Assembly: GCA_964016885.1 (NCBI GenBank)
Contig: OZ024760.1
Location: 26,970,001-27,034,000, forward strand
From: Eledone cirrhosa
Taxonomy: Eukaryota
Length of the DNA: 64,000 bases
Direction of reading: 5' to 3'
The notes under the pieces were generated by a model, which was given only the letters and a program-made list of their open reading frames with translations, was not told the origin of the DNA and did not search any database. A program made the translations under genes and the position numbers. Of this stretch, positions 51,950 to 64,000 are shown piece after piece; positions within the stretch are counted from its first letter, which is position 1; the number at the start of each line of letters is the position of its first letter.

Positions 51950-52123
51950 TCACAAGTGATGGTAACAGTATAGGTGGCAGTAGTAGTGGTGGTGGTGGTA
52001 TTACAGGTGATGGTAACAGTATAGGTAGTAGTAGTAATATCACAAGTGATGGTAACAGTATAGGTGGCAGTAGTAGTAGTGGTGGTGGTGGTGGTGGTAT
52101 TACAGGTGATGGTAACAGTATAG

Positions 52124-52162
<39 letters not shown>

Positions 52163-52186
52163 TCACAGGTGATGGTAACAGTATAG

Positions 52187-52225
<39 letters not shown>

Positions 52226-52352
52226 TCACAGGTGATGGTAACAGTATAGGTAGCAGTAGTGGTGGTATCACAGGTGATGGTAACAGTATAGGTAGCAGTA
52301 GTGGTGGTATCACAGGTGATGGTAACAGTATAGGTGGCAGTAGCAGTGGTCA
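51410..52352. repeat. Minisatellite with a constant core and variable (GTA)n/(GTG)n inserts
   Basis: Core ACAGGTGATGGTAACAGTATAGGT. Confidence 0.93.
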
Positions 52353-52599
52353 TGTGATATGATGACGTTACAATAGTCCCTCATCAGTAGCCAGGAGGAG
52401 GTGCCGTGTGGTGGGGGAAGTGACGGTGGCTGCTATCATTTCTCGCCCCCGTTCGGCTCCAGCTCGTTCTATTGTTATTGTATTTCTTCACAAACTTAAC
52501 CTCACAGGAACATACATATATACACACACACACATACATATATACACACACACACATACATACACACACACATACATATATACACACACATACATACAT

Positions 52600-52630
<31 letters not shown>

Positions 52631-52851
52631 GCTGTCGATACGGCTGGAGCTCAGCCGTCGGGGTCCTGAATATTTTCATACACATACAAACACGCACTCA
52701 CGCACGCACATAGAGTATTTGTAAACATTTATCTATAATATCTTCAAAGTTACATTTTAAACTTACCTCCGTCAAATTAATTAATTATTTAGTTAATTTC
52801 TCTGGACCAACAAAAAAAAATTAGGTAAATTTTATCTACGCGCTCTAGAAA

Positions 52852-52910
<59 letters not shown>

Positions 52911-53873
52911 ACATATATATCAGCTGTGGAGACAGCGGGAGCCCAGCCGTCGGGGTCCTAAATCTGTTCATACATATATATATATATACACACACAGCAG
53001 CTGTTTTTTCATGTACAAACCACAGACATGGCTTTACGCACCATCGAAAGCAAAAGTAAGATTTCTTAACATAAATAAGATTTTATTTGATATATTTTTT
53101 GTTGTTACTTGTTTGTTTTTTAATATATATATATATTAAAATAGATTAAAGTTTAAGCAATGAATCGCTGCTTTCACCCTTAACGGGTTCTTTGCTTAAA
53201 ATTTAATCTGTTATTTGAATAAATATTTCCTCTAGGGTTCTTATATATTTGATATATATTTATCCTTATCGAGCACTCTTTGGATTTTAGTCCCCATTAA
53301 GGGTGAAAGTAGCGATTCTTTGCTTAAACTTTAATCTGTTATTTTGATATATATAAATATATACAAATGAATATATGATAGGGATAAACACTAATACAAG
53401 TATATAAGTGTTTGTATTGCAAATGACCAAGTTAGCTAGATTGAAAAATACTAATTAAAATAATACAGTTTGCCTGTCTCGATTTAAAATAATAAATCAA
53501 TAAAAACAAACCTATATTGGCAAGAAATATCCCTTTCTTTGAGCTATTTAATTGTAAAAGACTATTTGAGTTTATAACTCTATATATAAATATATATATA
53601 TAACTTTGATAACCTTCCTCAGGTATTGGCAAAGGGTAGATCTAACTTAATAGCACCACATTCGACAGGTATTGGCCCATGCTAGATCTAACTTATTTAT
53701 AATTAATTTAATTTGTTTATAATTAATTTAATTTGTTTCACAAAATTCACGGGGTATTAAAAAAAGTTCGTTGTAACGAAAAATTTAATTTATATTTAAT
53801 TTATTTTAAAGTTATTTAATTGTTTATTGTTGTTGTTTTGTTTTTGTTTGTTTATTTTTTGGCGAGGGGGGCT

Positions 53874-56800
53874 ATATATCTACCTGTTTCTCTATATATC
53901 TACATGTGTCTCTATATATCTACCTGTTTCTCTATATATCTACCTGTCTCTCTCTATATCTACCTGTCTCTATATATCTACCTGTCTCTATATATCTACC
54001 TGTCTCTATATATCTACCTGTTTCTCTATATATCTACCTGTCTCTCTCTATATCTACCTGTTTCTCTATATATATCTACCTGTGTCTCTATATCTACCTG
54101 TATCTCTATATCTACCTGTGTCTCTCTATATATCTACATGTGTCTCTATATCTACCTGTGTCTCTATATCTACCTGTGTATCTACCTGTCTCTATATATC
54201 TACCTGTCTCTCTATATCTACCTGTCTCTATATATCTACCTGTCTCTCTATATCTACCTGTCTCTATATATCTACCTGTCTCTCTATATCTACCTGTCTC
54301 TCTATATCTACCTGTCTCTATATATCTACCTGTCTCTCTATATCTACCTGTCTCTCTATATCTACCTGTCTCTCTATATCTACCTGTCTCTCTATATCTA
54401 CCTGTGTCTCTCTATATCTACCTGTCTCTATATATCTACCTGTCTCTATATATCTGCATGTGTCTCTATATATCTACCTGTGTCTCTATATATCTACCTG
54501 TGTCTCTATATATATCTACCTGTGTCTCTATATCGACCTGTGTCTCTATATCTACCTGTGTCTCTCCATATATCTACCTGTGTCTCTATATCTACCTGTC
54601 TCTATATCTACCTGTGTCTATATATCTACCTGTCTCTCTATATATCTACCTGTGTCTCTATATCTACCTGTCTCTATATATCTACCTGTCTCTATATATC
54701 TACCTGTTTCTCTATATCTACCTGTCTCTCTATATCTACCTGTCTCTCTATATCTACCTGTCACTCTATATATACCTGTCTCTCTATATCTACCTGTCTC
54801 TCTATATCTACCTGTCACTCTATATATACCTGTCTCTCTATATCTACCTGTCTCTCTATATCTACCTGTGTCTCTATATCTACCTGTGTCTCTATATCTA
54901 CCTGTGTTTCTATATCTACCTGTGTCTCTCTATATCTACCTGTTTCTCTATATATCTACCTGTTTCACTCTATATCTACCTGTGTCACTCTATATCTACC
55001 TGTTTCTCTATATATCTACCTGTGTCTCTATATATCTACCTGTGTCTCTATATATTTACCTGTGTCTCTATATATCTACCTGTGTCTCTATATATCTACC
55101 TGTGTTTATATATATATACCTGAGTCTCTATATCTACCTGTGTCTCTATATATCTACCTGTGTCTCTATATATCTACCTGTGTCTCTCTATCTACCTGTC
55201 TCTATATATCTACCTGTCTCTATATATCTACCTGTCTCTATATATCTACCTGTGCCTCTATATATCTACCTGTCTCTATATATCTACCTGTCTCTATATA
55301 TCTACCTGTGTCTCTCTATATCTACCTGTTTCTCTATATCTACCTGTCTCTATATATCTACCTGAGTCTCTCTATATCTACCTGTGTCTCTCTATATCTA
55401 CCTGTGTCTCTATATCTACCTGTGTCTCTCTATCTACCTGTGTCTCTATATCTACCTGTGTCTCTCTATATCTACCTGTGTCTCTCTATATCTACCTGTG
55501 TCTCTATATATCTACCTGTTTCTCTATATCTACCTGTGTCTCTCTCGATATCTACCTGTGTCTCTCCATATATCTACCTGTGTCTCTATATCTACCTGTC
55601 TCTATATCTACCTGTGTCTATATATCTACCTGTCTCTCTATATATCTACCTGTGTCTCTATATCTACCTGTCTCTATATATCTACCTGTTTCTCTATATC
55701 TACCTGTTTCTCTATATCTACCTGTCTCTCTATATCTACCTGTCTCTCTATATCTACCTGTCACTCTATATATACCTGTCTCTCTATATCTACCTGTCTC
55801 TCTATATCTACCTGTCACTCTATATATACCTGTCTCTCTATATATACCTGTCTCTCTATATCTACCTGTCTCTCTATATCTACCTGTGTCTCTATATCTA
55901 CCTGTTTCTCTATATCTACCTGTGTTTCTATATCTACCTGTGTCTCTCTATATCTACCTGTTTCTCTATATATCTACCTGTTTCACTCTATATCTACCTG
56001 TGTCACTCTATATCTACCTGTTTCTCTATATATCTACCTGTGTCTCTATATATTTACCTGTGTCTCTATATATCTACCTGTGTCTCTATATATCTACCTG
56101 TGTTTATATATATATACCTGAGTCTCTATATCTACCTGTGTCTCTATATCTACCTGTGTCTCTATATATCTACCTGTGTCTCTATATATCTACCTGTGTC
56201 TCTCTATCTACCTGTCTCTATATATCTACCTGTCTCTATATATCTACCTGTCTCTATATATCTACCTGTGCCTCTATATATCTACCTGTCTCTATATATC
56301 TACCTGTCTCTATATATCTACCTGTGCCTCTATATATCTACCTGTGTCTCTCTATATCTACCTGTTTCTCTATATCTACCTGTCTCTATATATCTACCTG
56401 AGTCTCTCTATATCTACCTGTGTCTCTCTATATCTACCTGTGTCTCTATATCTACCTGTGTCTCTATATCTACCTGTGTCTCTATATCTACCTGTGTCTC
56501 TCTATATCTACCTGTGTCTCTCTATATCTACCTGTGTCTCTATATATCTACCTGTTTCTCTATATCTACCTGTGTCTCTCTCGATATCTACCTGTGTCTC
56601 TCCATATATCTACCTGTGTCTCTATATCTACCTGTCTCTATATCTACCTGTGTCTATATATCTACCTGTCTCTCTATATATCTACCTGTGTCTCTATATC
56701 TACCTGTCTCTATATATCTACCTGTCTCTATATATCTACCTGTTTCTCTATATCTACCTGTCTCTCTATATCTACCTGTCTCTCTATATCTACCTGTCAC

Positions 56801-59800
56801 TCTATATATACCTGTCTCTCTATATCTACCTGTCTCTCTATATCTACCTGTCACTCTATATATACCTGTCTCTCTATATATACCTGTCTCTCTATATCTA
56901 CCTGTCTCTCTATATCTACCTGTGTCTCTATATCTACCTGTGTCTCTATATCTACCTGTGTTTCTATATCTACCTGTGTCTCTCTATATCTACCTGTTTC
57001 TCTATATATCTACCTGTTTCACTCTATATCTACCTGTGTCACTCTATATCTACCTGTTTCTCTATATATCTACCTGTGTCTCTATATATTTACCTGTGTC
57101 TCTATATATCTACCTGTGTCTCTATATATCTACCTGTGTTTATATATATATACCTGAGTCTCTATATCTACCTGTGTCTCTATATCTACCTGTGTCTCTA
57201 TATCTACCTGTGTCTCTATATATCTACCTGTGTCTCTATATATCTACCTGTGTCTCTCTATCTACCTGTCTCTATATATCTACCTGTCTCTATATATCTA
57301 CCTGTGCCTCTATATATCTACCTGTCTCTATATATCTACCTGTCTCTATATATCTACCTGTGTCTCTCTATATCTACCTGTTTCTCTATATCTACCTGTC
57401 TCTATATATCTACCTGAGTCTCTCTATATCTACCTGTGTCTCTCTATATCTACCTGTGTCTCTATATCTACCTGTGTCTCTATATCTACCTGTGTCTCTA
57501 TATCTACCTGTGTCTCTCTATATCTACCTGTGTCTCTCTATATCTACCTGTGTCTCTATATATCTACCTGTTTCTCTATATCTACCTGTGTCTCTCTCGA
57601 TATCTACCTGTGTCTCTCTCTATATCTACCTGTGTCTCTATATATCTACCTGTGTCTCTATATCTACCTGTTTCTCTATATATCTACCTGTGTCTCTATA
57701 TCTACCTGTGTCTCTATATCTACCTGTGTCTCTATATCTACCTGTCTCTCTATATCTACCTGTGTCTCTATATCTACCTGTGTCCCTATATATCTACCTG
57801 AGTCTCTATATCTACCTGTGTCTCTATATCTACCTGTGTCTCTATATCTACCTGTGTCTCTCTATATCTACCTGTTTCTCTATATATCTACCTGTGTCTC
57901 TATATCTACCTGTGTCTCTATATCTACCTGTGTCTCTCTATATCTACCTGTTTCTCTCTATATCTACCTGTTTCTCTATATATCTACCTGTGTCTCTATA
58001 TATCTACCTGTGTCTCTATATATCTACCTGTGTCTCTATATATCTACCTGTGTCTCTATATATCTACCTGTGTCTCTATATCTACCTGTGTCTCTATATC
58101 TACCTGTGTCTCTATATCTACCTGTGTCTCTCTATATCTACCTGTGTCTCTATATATCTACCTGTGTCTCTCTATCTACCTGTCTCTCTATATCTACCTG
58201 TGTCTCTATATATCTACCTGTGTCTCTATATCTACCTGTATCTCTATATCTACCTGTTTCTCTATATCTACCTGTGTCTCTCTATATCTACCTGTTTCTC
58301 TATATATCTACCTGTTTCTCTATATCTACCTGTGTCTCTATATATCTACCTGTGTCTATATATCTACCTGTGTCTCTATATATCGACCTGTTTCTCTATA
58401 TCTACCTGTGTCTCTCTATATCTACCTGTGTCTCTCTATATCTACCTGTGTCTCTATATCTACCTGTGTCTCTATATCTACCTGTGTCTCTATATATCTA
58501 CCTGTGTCTCTATATATTTACCTGTTTCTCTATATATCTACCTGTGTCTCTATATCTACCTGTGTCTCCCTATATCTACCTGTCTCTCTATATCTACCTG
58601 TGTCTCTATATCTACCTGTTTCTCTATATCTACCTGTGTCTCTATATCTACCTGTCTCTCTATATCTACCTGTGTCTCTCTATATTTACCTGTGTCTCTC
58701 TATATCTACCTGTGTCTCTCTATATCTACCTGTGTCTCTATATCTACCTGTGTCTCTATATCTACCTGTGTCTCTATATATCTACCTGTGTCTCTATATA
58801 TTTACCTGTTTCTCTATATATCTACCTGTGTCTCTATATCTACCTGTGTCTCTCTATATCTACCTGTGTCTCTATATCTACCTGTTTCTCTATATCTACC
58901 TGTGTCTCTATATCTACCTGTCTCTCTATATCTACCTGTGTCTCTCTATATTTACCTGTGTCTCTCTATATCTACCTGTGTCTCTCTATATCTACCTGTG
59001 TCTCTCTATATCTACCTGTGTCTCTATATCTACCTGTGTCTCTATATCTACCTGTGTCTCTATATATCTACCTGTTTCTCTATATCTACCTGTTTCTCTA
59101 TATCTACCTGTCTCTATATCTACCTGTCTCTATATAGCTACCTGTGTCTCTCTATATATCTACCTGTGTCTCTATATCTACCTGTCTCTATATATCTACC
59201 TGTGTCTCTCTATATATCTACCTGTGTCTCTCTATATATCTACCTGTGTCTCTATATCTACCTGTGTCTCTATATCTACCTGTCTCTCTATATCTACCTG
59301 TGTCTCTCTATATATCTACCTGTCTCTCTATATATCTACCTGTCTCTCTATATATCTACCTGTTTCTCTATATCTACCTGTGTCTCTCTCTATATCTACC
59401 TGTGTCTCTCTCTATATCTACCTGTGTCTCTCTCTATATCTACCTGTATTTCTCTATCTACCTGTGTCTCTCTATATATCTACCTGTGTCTCTCTATATA
59501 TCTACCTGTCTCTCTATATATCTACCTGTTTCTCTATATCTACCTGTGTCTCCCTATATCTACCTGTGTCTCCCTATATCTACCTGTCTCTCTATATCTA
59601 CCTGTTTCTCTATATCTACCTGTTTCTCTATATCTACCTGTGTCTCTATATATCTACCCGTGTCTCTATATATCTACCTGTGTCTCTATATATCTACCTG
59701 TGTCTCTATATCTACCTGTGTCTCTATATCTACCTGTGTCTCTATATCTACCTGTGTCTCTATATCTACCTGTGTCTCTATATCTACCTGTCTCTATATA

Positions 59801-60135
59801 TCTACATGTGTCTCTATATATCTACCTGTGTCTCTATATATCTACCTGTGTCTATATATCTACCTGTGTCTCTATATATCGACCTGTTTCTCTATATCTA
59901 CCTGTGTCTCTCTATATCTACCTGTGTCTCTCTATATCTACCTGTGTCTCTATATCTACCTGTGTCTCTATATATCTACCTGTGTCTCTATATCTACCTG
60001 TGTCTCTATATATTTACCTGTTTCTCTATATATCTACCTGTGTCTCCCTATATCTACCTGTCTCTCTATATCTACCTGTCTCTATATCTACCTGTCACTC
60101 TATATCTACCTGTGTCTCTATATATCTACCTGTCT
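53874..60135. repeat. 16-22-bp minisatellite (TATCTACCTGTGTCTCTA), 6.3 kb, with ~1-kb higher-order duplication
   Basis: Direct inspection; near-identical ORF blocks at 54618, 55618 and 56654. Confidence 0.97.
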
Positions 60136-60369
60136 ATCTATGTATATATCTATATATTTTTATCATTATATCTACCTCTATGTCTATGCATTCAACCTCT
60201 CTCTCTGATCATTTCCTTCGAATGAAACAGTTCTAGTCCTGTAGAAGCCATTTCTATATTAAACATTTATACTCTGCTATGTATTGAGTACCTTACTTAC
60301 TGAGGTTACCCCCAATTGAACCCCCTCCCCCGCCGCCCCCCACACACACACGCACGCACGCACACACAC

Positions 60370-60435
<66 letters not shown>

Positions 60436-60437
60436 TA

Positions 60438-60576
60438 CAGTGGTGAAATTCCGTTACAACGATATTCACAGGTTATAAAAAGTTCATTGGAACGAAAAAT
60501 TCTTTATAACGAGATCGACCTAACACATCGATTGGCCGGGGATTAAAAAACATTCGTTATAACGGAATTTTACCTG
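60438..60576. mobile_element. Tc1/pogo (Tigger)-like MITE
   Basis: TA|CAG(T)GGTGAAATTCCGTTACAACGA ... TCGTTATAACGGAATTTTACCTG|TA. Confidence 0.7.
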
Positions 60577-60710
60577 TATGTGTGTGTGTGTGTGTGTGTT
60601 TTCGTTTGTTTTGTTTTTCATTTTACTATTTCCCTCTCTCGGAATTGACAAAAGTACCAGTAACTCACTGAGGTCGATTTAATTGACTTTCCTCTCCCTC
60701 TTCCAATTGC

Positions 60711-62032
60711 CCGTAGCAGTGGAGACTTCTGGTCTCCTTGGTCCTAGGACCACCTCGCTACACCGTAGCAGTGGACACTTCTGGTGTCCTTGGCCCTAGG
60801 ACCACCTCGCTACACCGTAGCAGTGGACACTTCTGGTGTCCTTGACCCTAGGACCACCTCGTTACACCGTAGCAGTGGAGATTTCTGGTGTCCTTGGCCC
60901 ATGGATCACCTCGCTACACCGTAGCAGTGGACACTTCTGGTGTCCTTGACCCTAGGACCACCTCGCTACACCGTAGCAGTGGAGACTTCTGGTGTCCTTG
61001 GTCCTAGGACCACCTCGTTACACCGTAGCAGTGGACACTTCTGGTGTCCTTGGCCCCAGGACCACCTCGCTACACCGTAGCAGTGGACACTTCTGGTGTC
61101 CTTGGCCCTAGGACCACCTCGCTACACCGTAGCAGTGGAGATTTCTGGTGTCCTTGGCCCTAGGACCACCTCGCTACACCGTAGCAGTGGAGACTTCTGG
61201 TGTCCTTGGCCCTAGGACCACCTCGCTACACCGTAGCAGTGGACACTTCTGGTGTCCTTGGCCCTAGGACCACCTCGCTACACCGTAGCAGTGGACACTT
61301 CTGGTGTCCTTGACCCTAGGACCACCTCGTTACACCGTAGCAGTGGAGATTTCTGGTGTCCTTGGCCCATGGATCACCTCGCTACACCGTAGCAGTGGAC
61401 ACTTCTGGTGTCCTTGACCCTAGGACCACCTCGCTACACCGTAGCAGTGGAGACTTCTGGTGTCCTTGGTCCTAGGACCACCTCGTTACACCGTAGCAGT
61501 GGACACTTCTGGTGTCCTTGGCCCCAGGACCACCTCGCTACACCGTAGCAGTGGACACTTCTGGTGTCCTTGGCCCTAGGACCACCTCGCTACACCGTAG
61601 CAGTGGAGACTTCTGGTGTCCTTGGCCCTAGGACCACCTCGTTACACCGTAGCAGTGGACACTTCTGGTGTCCTTGGCCCTAGGACCACCTCGCTACACC
61701 GTAGCAGTGGACACTTCTGGTGTCCTTGGCCCTAGGACCACCTCGCTACACCGTAGCAGTGGAGATTTCTGGTGTCCTTGGCCCTAGGACCACCTCGCTA
61801 CACCGTAGCAGTGGACACTTCTGGTGTCCTTGGCCCTAGGACCACCTCGCTACACCGTAGCAGTGGAGACTTCTGGTGTCCTTGGCCCTAGGACCACCTC
61901 GCTATCACCACCATCGCCACACCGTAGCAGTGGAGACTTCTGGTGTCCTTGGCCCTAGGACCACCTCGCTATCACCACCATCGCCACACCGTAGCAGTGG
62001 AGACTTCTGGTGTCCTTGGCCCTAGGACCACT
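60711..62032. repeat. 52-bp GC-rich minisatellite, about 25 copies
   Basis: CCGTAGCAGTGGASACTTCTGGTGTCCTTGGCCCTAGGACCACCTCGCTACA. Confidence 0.97.
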
Positions 62033-62119
62033 TCCCTAAACACCACCATCAGCACAGTTGGCTACACACAGGTGTGAGCCTCGCGAGCTGGAATGACTCT
62101 TCCAACTCGTCTCCCTTAC

Positions 62120-62212
62120 CATCCTCCGAGTAAAAACGTCTTCTCCATACTGCTGCCCGCCGGGGGGCCCATTTGCGCATAATAGTGAGATAGGGAGAGA
62201 CGGGGGCAATGA
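62120..62212 (-). CDS. Candidate 93-nt internal exon of an unknown host gene
   Basis: TGTTCTCTCTCTTTCAG| acceptor, ATG|GTAAGG donor, GC-rich, length divisible by 3, all three frames open. Confidence 0.45.
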
Positions 62213-62770
62213 CTGAAAGAGAGAGAACATCAACACTTAATTACTTATTTGTCTTTACCTTTATAACTATTGAGAGATGGGGGAAGAGACGGTGGGAGTT
62301 TGGTTCCTTTGTGTTCCGGCCTTGTAGACATGAATATGTTTCACTAACATTACCGTTAAGTTTTTGATTTCTTTCTCAAATTAAGAGAACATATAAAGCA
62401 GAGGTGGGCAAACTCTTTGGATCGGGGTTGAACCCCAGAGGGCCACAAAGTGTATTATTGGATATAGTGTGTCAGTAATCTTACTTTGGGTAACCTTTAC
62501 TAAGATGGATGTAGTATACCAGCTGGGAATACTGAGAGGAAGAGAAGACCAACACATCAACAGAATTATATACAGTGCTTTAATGACAACAACATAATTA
62601 TATATAATACTCTACCAATGTTGTTTGGTATAATATAGTCTAACACCGGGGAGGGCTAGAGGTCCACATTGACTAGGTCATGAATCCCAGAGGGTCACAT
62701 CATTTATTATTGGATATAGTGTGTCAAAAACCTTACTTTTCTTCAGTTAGAAGTTAGAAAATATAAAATA

Positions 62771-63351
62771 CTAGCAGTGGTACCCGGCGTTGCACGGGAT
62801 AAGGTATTTTGGAACGCGGACCGCCAACAGACCTAATCGTGGAAAAACTACATGCCTGGATAATATGTAAAGAAAATAAACCGAATACTCTGATGGCTGG
62901 ATAATCTTTAAGATTTTCCTCGATGAAGCAAGAAAAATGCAGGTTTTCACCTAATGTGGACCCTAGGGGATCAAGAAAATTAATTTTTTTTATGTGCATA
63001 ATATGCCTTGAAATTTCGGGGAAATTGGGCTACGCATAACGCTTCAAAAAAGCCCTAAAAAGCTGAAAAAATGAAGTTTTTCACCTAATACGGGCCCTAG
63101 GCCATAACAGTTGGATTTTCTCTGCTCAGGGAATGAAGAAGAGACTGACTAATACATAGTTACAATTTCAAGGAAACTTTCCACCTAGGGGATCAAAAAG
63201 TTGCATTTTTTATGTGCATAACACTCCCTGAAACATATGTAATACACATGTAAAGTTTGAAAAATATCGGTTGGGTACTTCTGGAGTTTTAAGGATTCAA
63301 ACTCGCACACGCACCCACACAGACAGACATCCTCAGTTTTATATATATAGA
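62771..63351 (-). mobile_element. Non-autonomous Helitron
   Basis: Minus strand A|TC...CCCGTGCAACGCCGGG hairpin...CTAG|T. Confidence 0.8.
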
Positions 63352-63369
63352 TAAACTGCATCATTGTAA

Positions 63370-63511
63370 TCTATATATATAAAACTGAGGATGTCTGTCT
63401 GTATGTGTGTGTCTGTGAGTTTGAATCCCTAAAACTCGAGAAGTACCCAACCGATTCTTTTCAAACTTTACATGTGTATTACTTATGTTTCGTGGAGTGT
63501 TATGCACATAA
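63370..63511 (+). mobile_element. 5' fragment of the same Helitron, inverted
   Basis: A|TCTATATATATAAAACTGAGGATGTCTGTC matches the reverse complement of 63210-63351. Confidence 0.75.
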
Positions 63512-64000
63512 ATCTAAACGTTTCCACCAACTTGCCTAAGGCTTTCTTCTCAATCTTAGAAAAAAACTTCCCAGTCGGCCACAAATACCATAATCTTATC
63601 AACAAAAATACCATTAAAGTCTTACTCTAGCACACCTAACATCGCATACAAGATAGCTAGTAGTAATAAAAGGAAAATAAATAATTATTTCCAACTAATT
63701 AAATCGCAACAGGGGGTGAACTTACATAACAACATAGTACCAGGTTATTCTAGTATCAATAATAATAATAATAGTAAAAGCACTAATAAAATTAATAACA
63801 GTGGGAATGATAATCATCATTACCCTAATGCTATCCCTAACAACCAGGCATCTACACACCCTTTTAACCTGCAAGTAAACAACCAAAATAACTGTAATAA
63901 CAAATAGTACTTGCCCCTTAGGAAAAAATTGCTTAATTTAAAGACATCATTTACTCATGCACAGTCATTACAAACAACACTTCAAAAACATATATTGATT
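63512..64000 (+). mobile_element. Decayed Penelope-like fragment (linker plus GIY-YIG start)
   Basis: STNLPKAFFSILEKNFPVGHKYHNLINKNTIKV/SYSSTPNI and CPLGKNCL..IIYSCTV; homologous to 39100-39530. Confidence 0.75.

Noticed and set aside
51410-52352. CRISPR-like constant core with variable spacers
   Set aside because: The spacers are only GTA/GTG microsatellite length variants; eukaryotic context; no cas genes
53820-60236. 2138-aa ORF and overlapping ORFs
   Set aside because: Translation of a minisatellite that lacks stop codons; several frames open; no domain content
60711-62032. CRISPR array
   Set aside because: Head-to-tail units with no unique spacers

Overview
Eukaryotic, AT-rich, repeat-saturated DNA. 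The SINE families and microsatellite load suggest a cephalopod (Octopus-like) intronic or intergenic region; this is inference. Almost all long ORFs in the track are artefacts of tandem repeats. The centrepiece is an ~18.2 kb composite element (15107-33322): a TTAA-flanked, 14-bp-TIR piggyBac-like non-autonomous DNA transposon whose interior is a 72-bp tandem array. That array is interrupted by three same-orientation Tx1-like (L1 clade) LINE copies, two with intact 1145-aa APE-RT ORF2s. A LINE-free sister element lies inverted at 34783-36632. The window also holds about ten hammerhead-ribozyme motifs in Penelope-like termini, some with non-canonical cores. Other content: a Chapaev3-like transposon with TTA TSD, RTE and Penelope LINE relics, a Helitron, MITEs, many tRNA-derived SINEs, several minisatellites, and three low-confidence candidate host exons. 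Coordinates of degenerate repeats are approximate.
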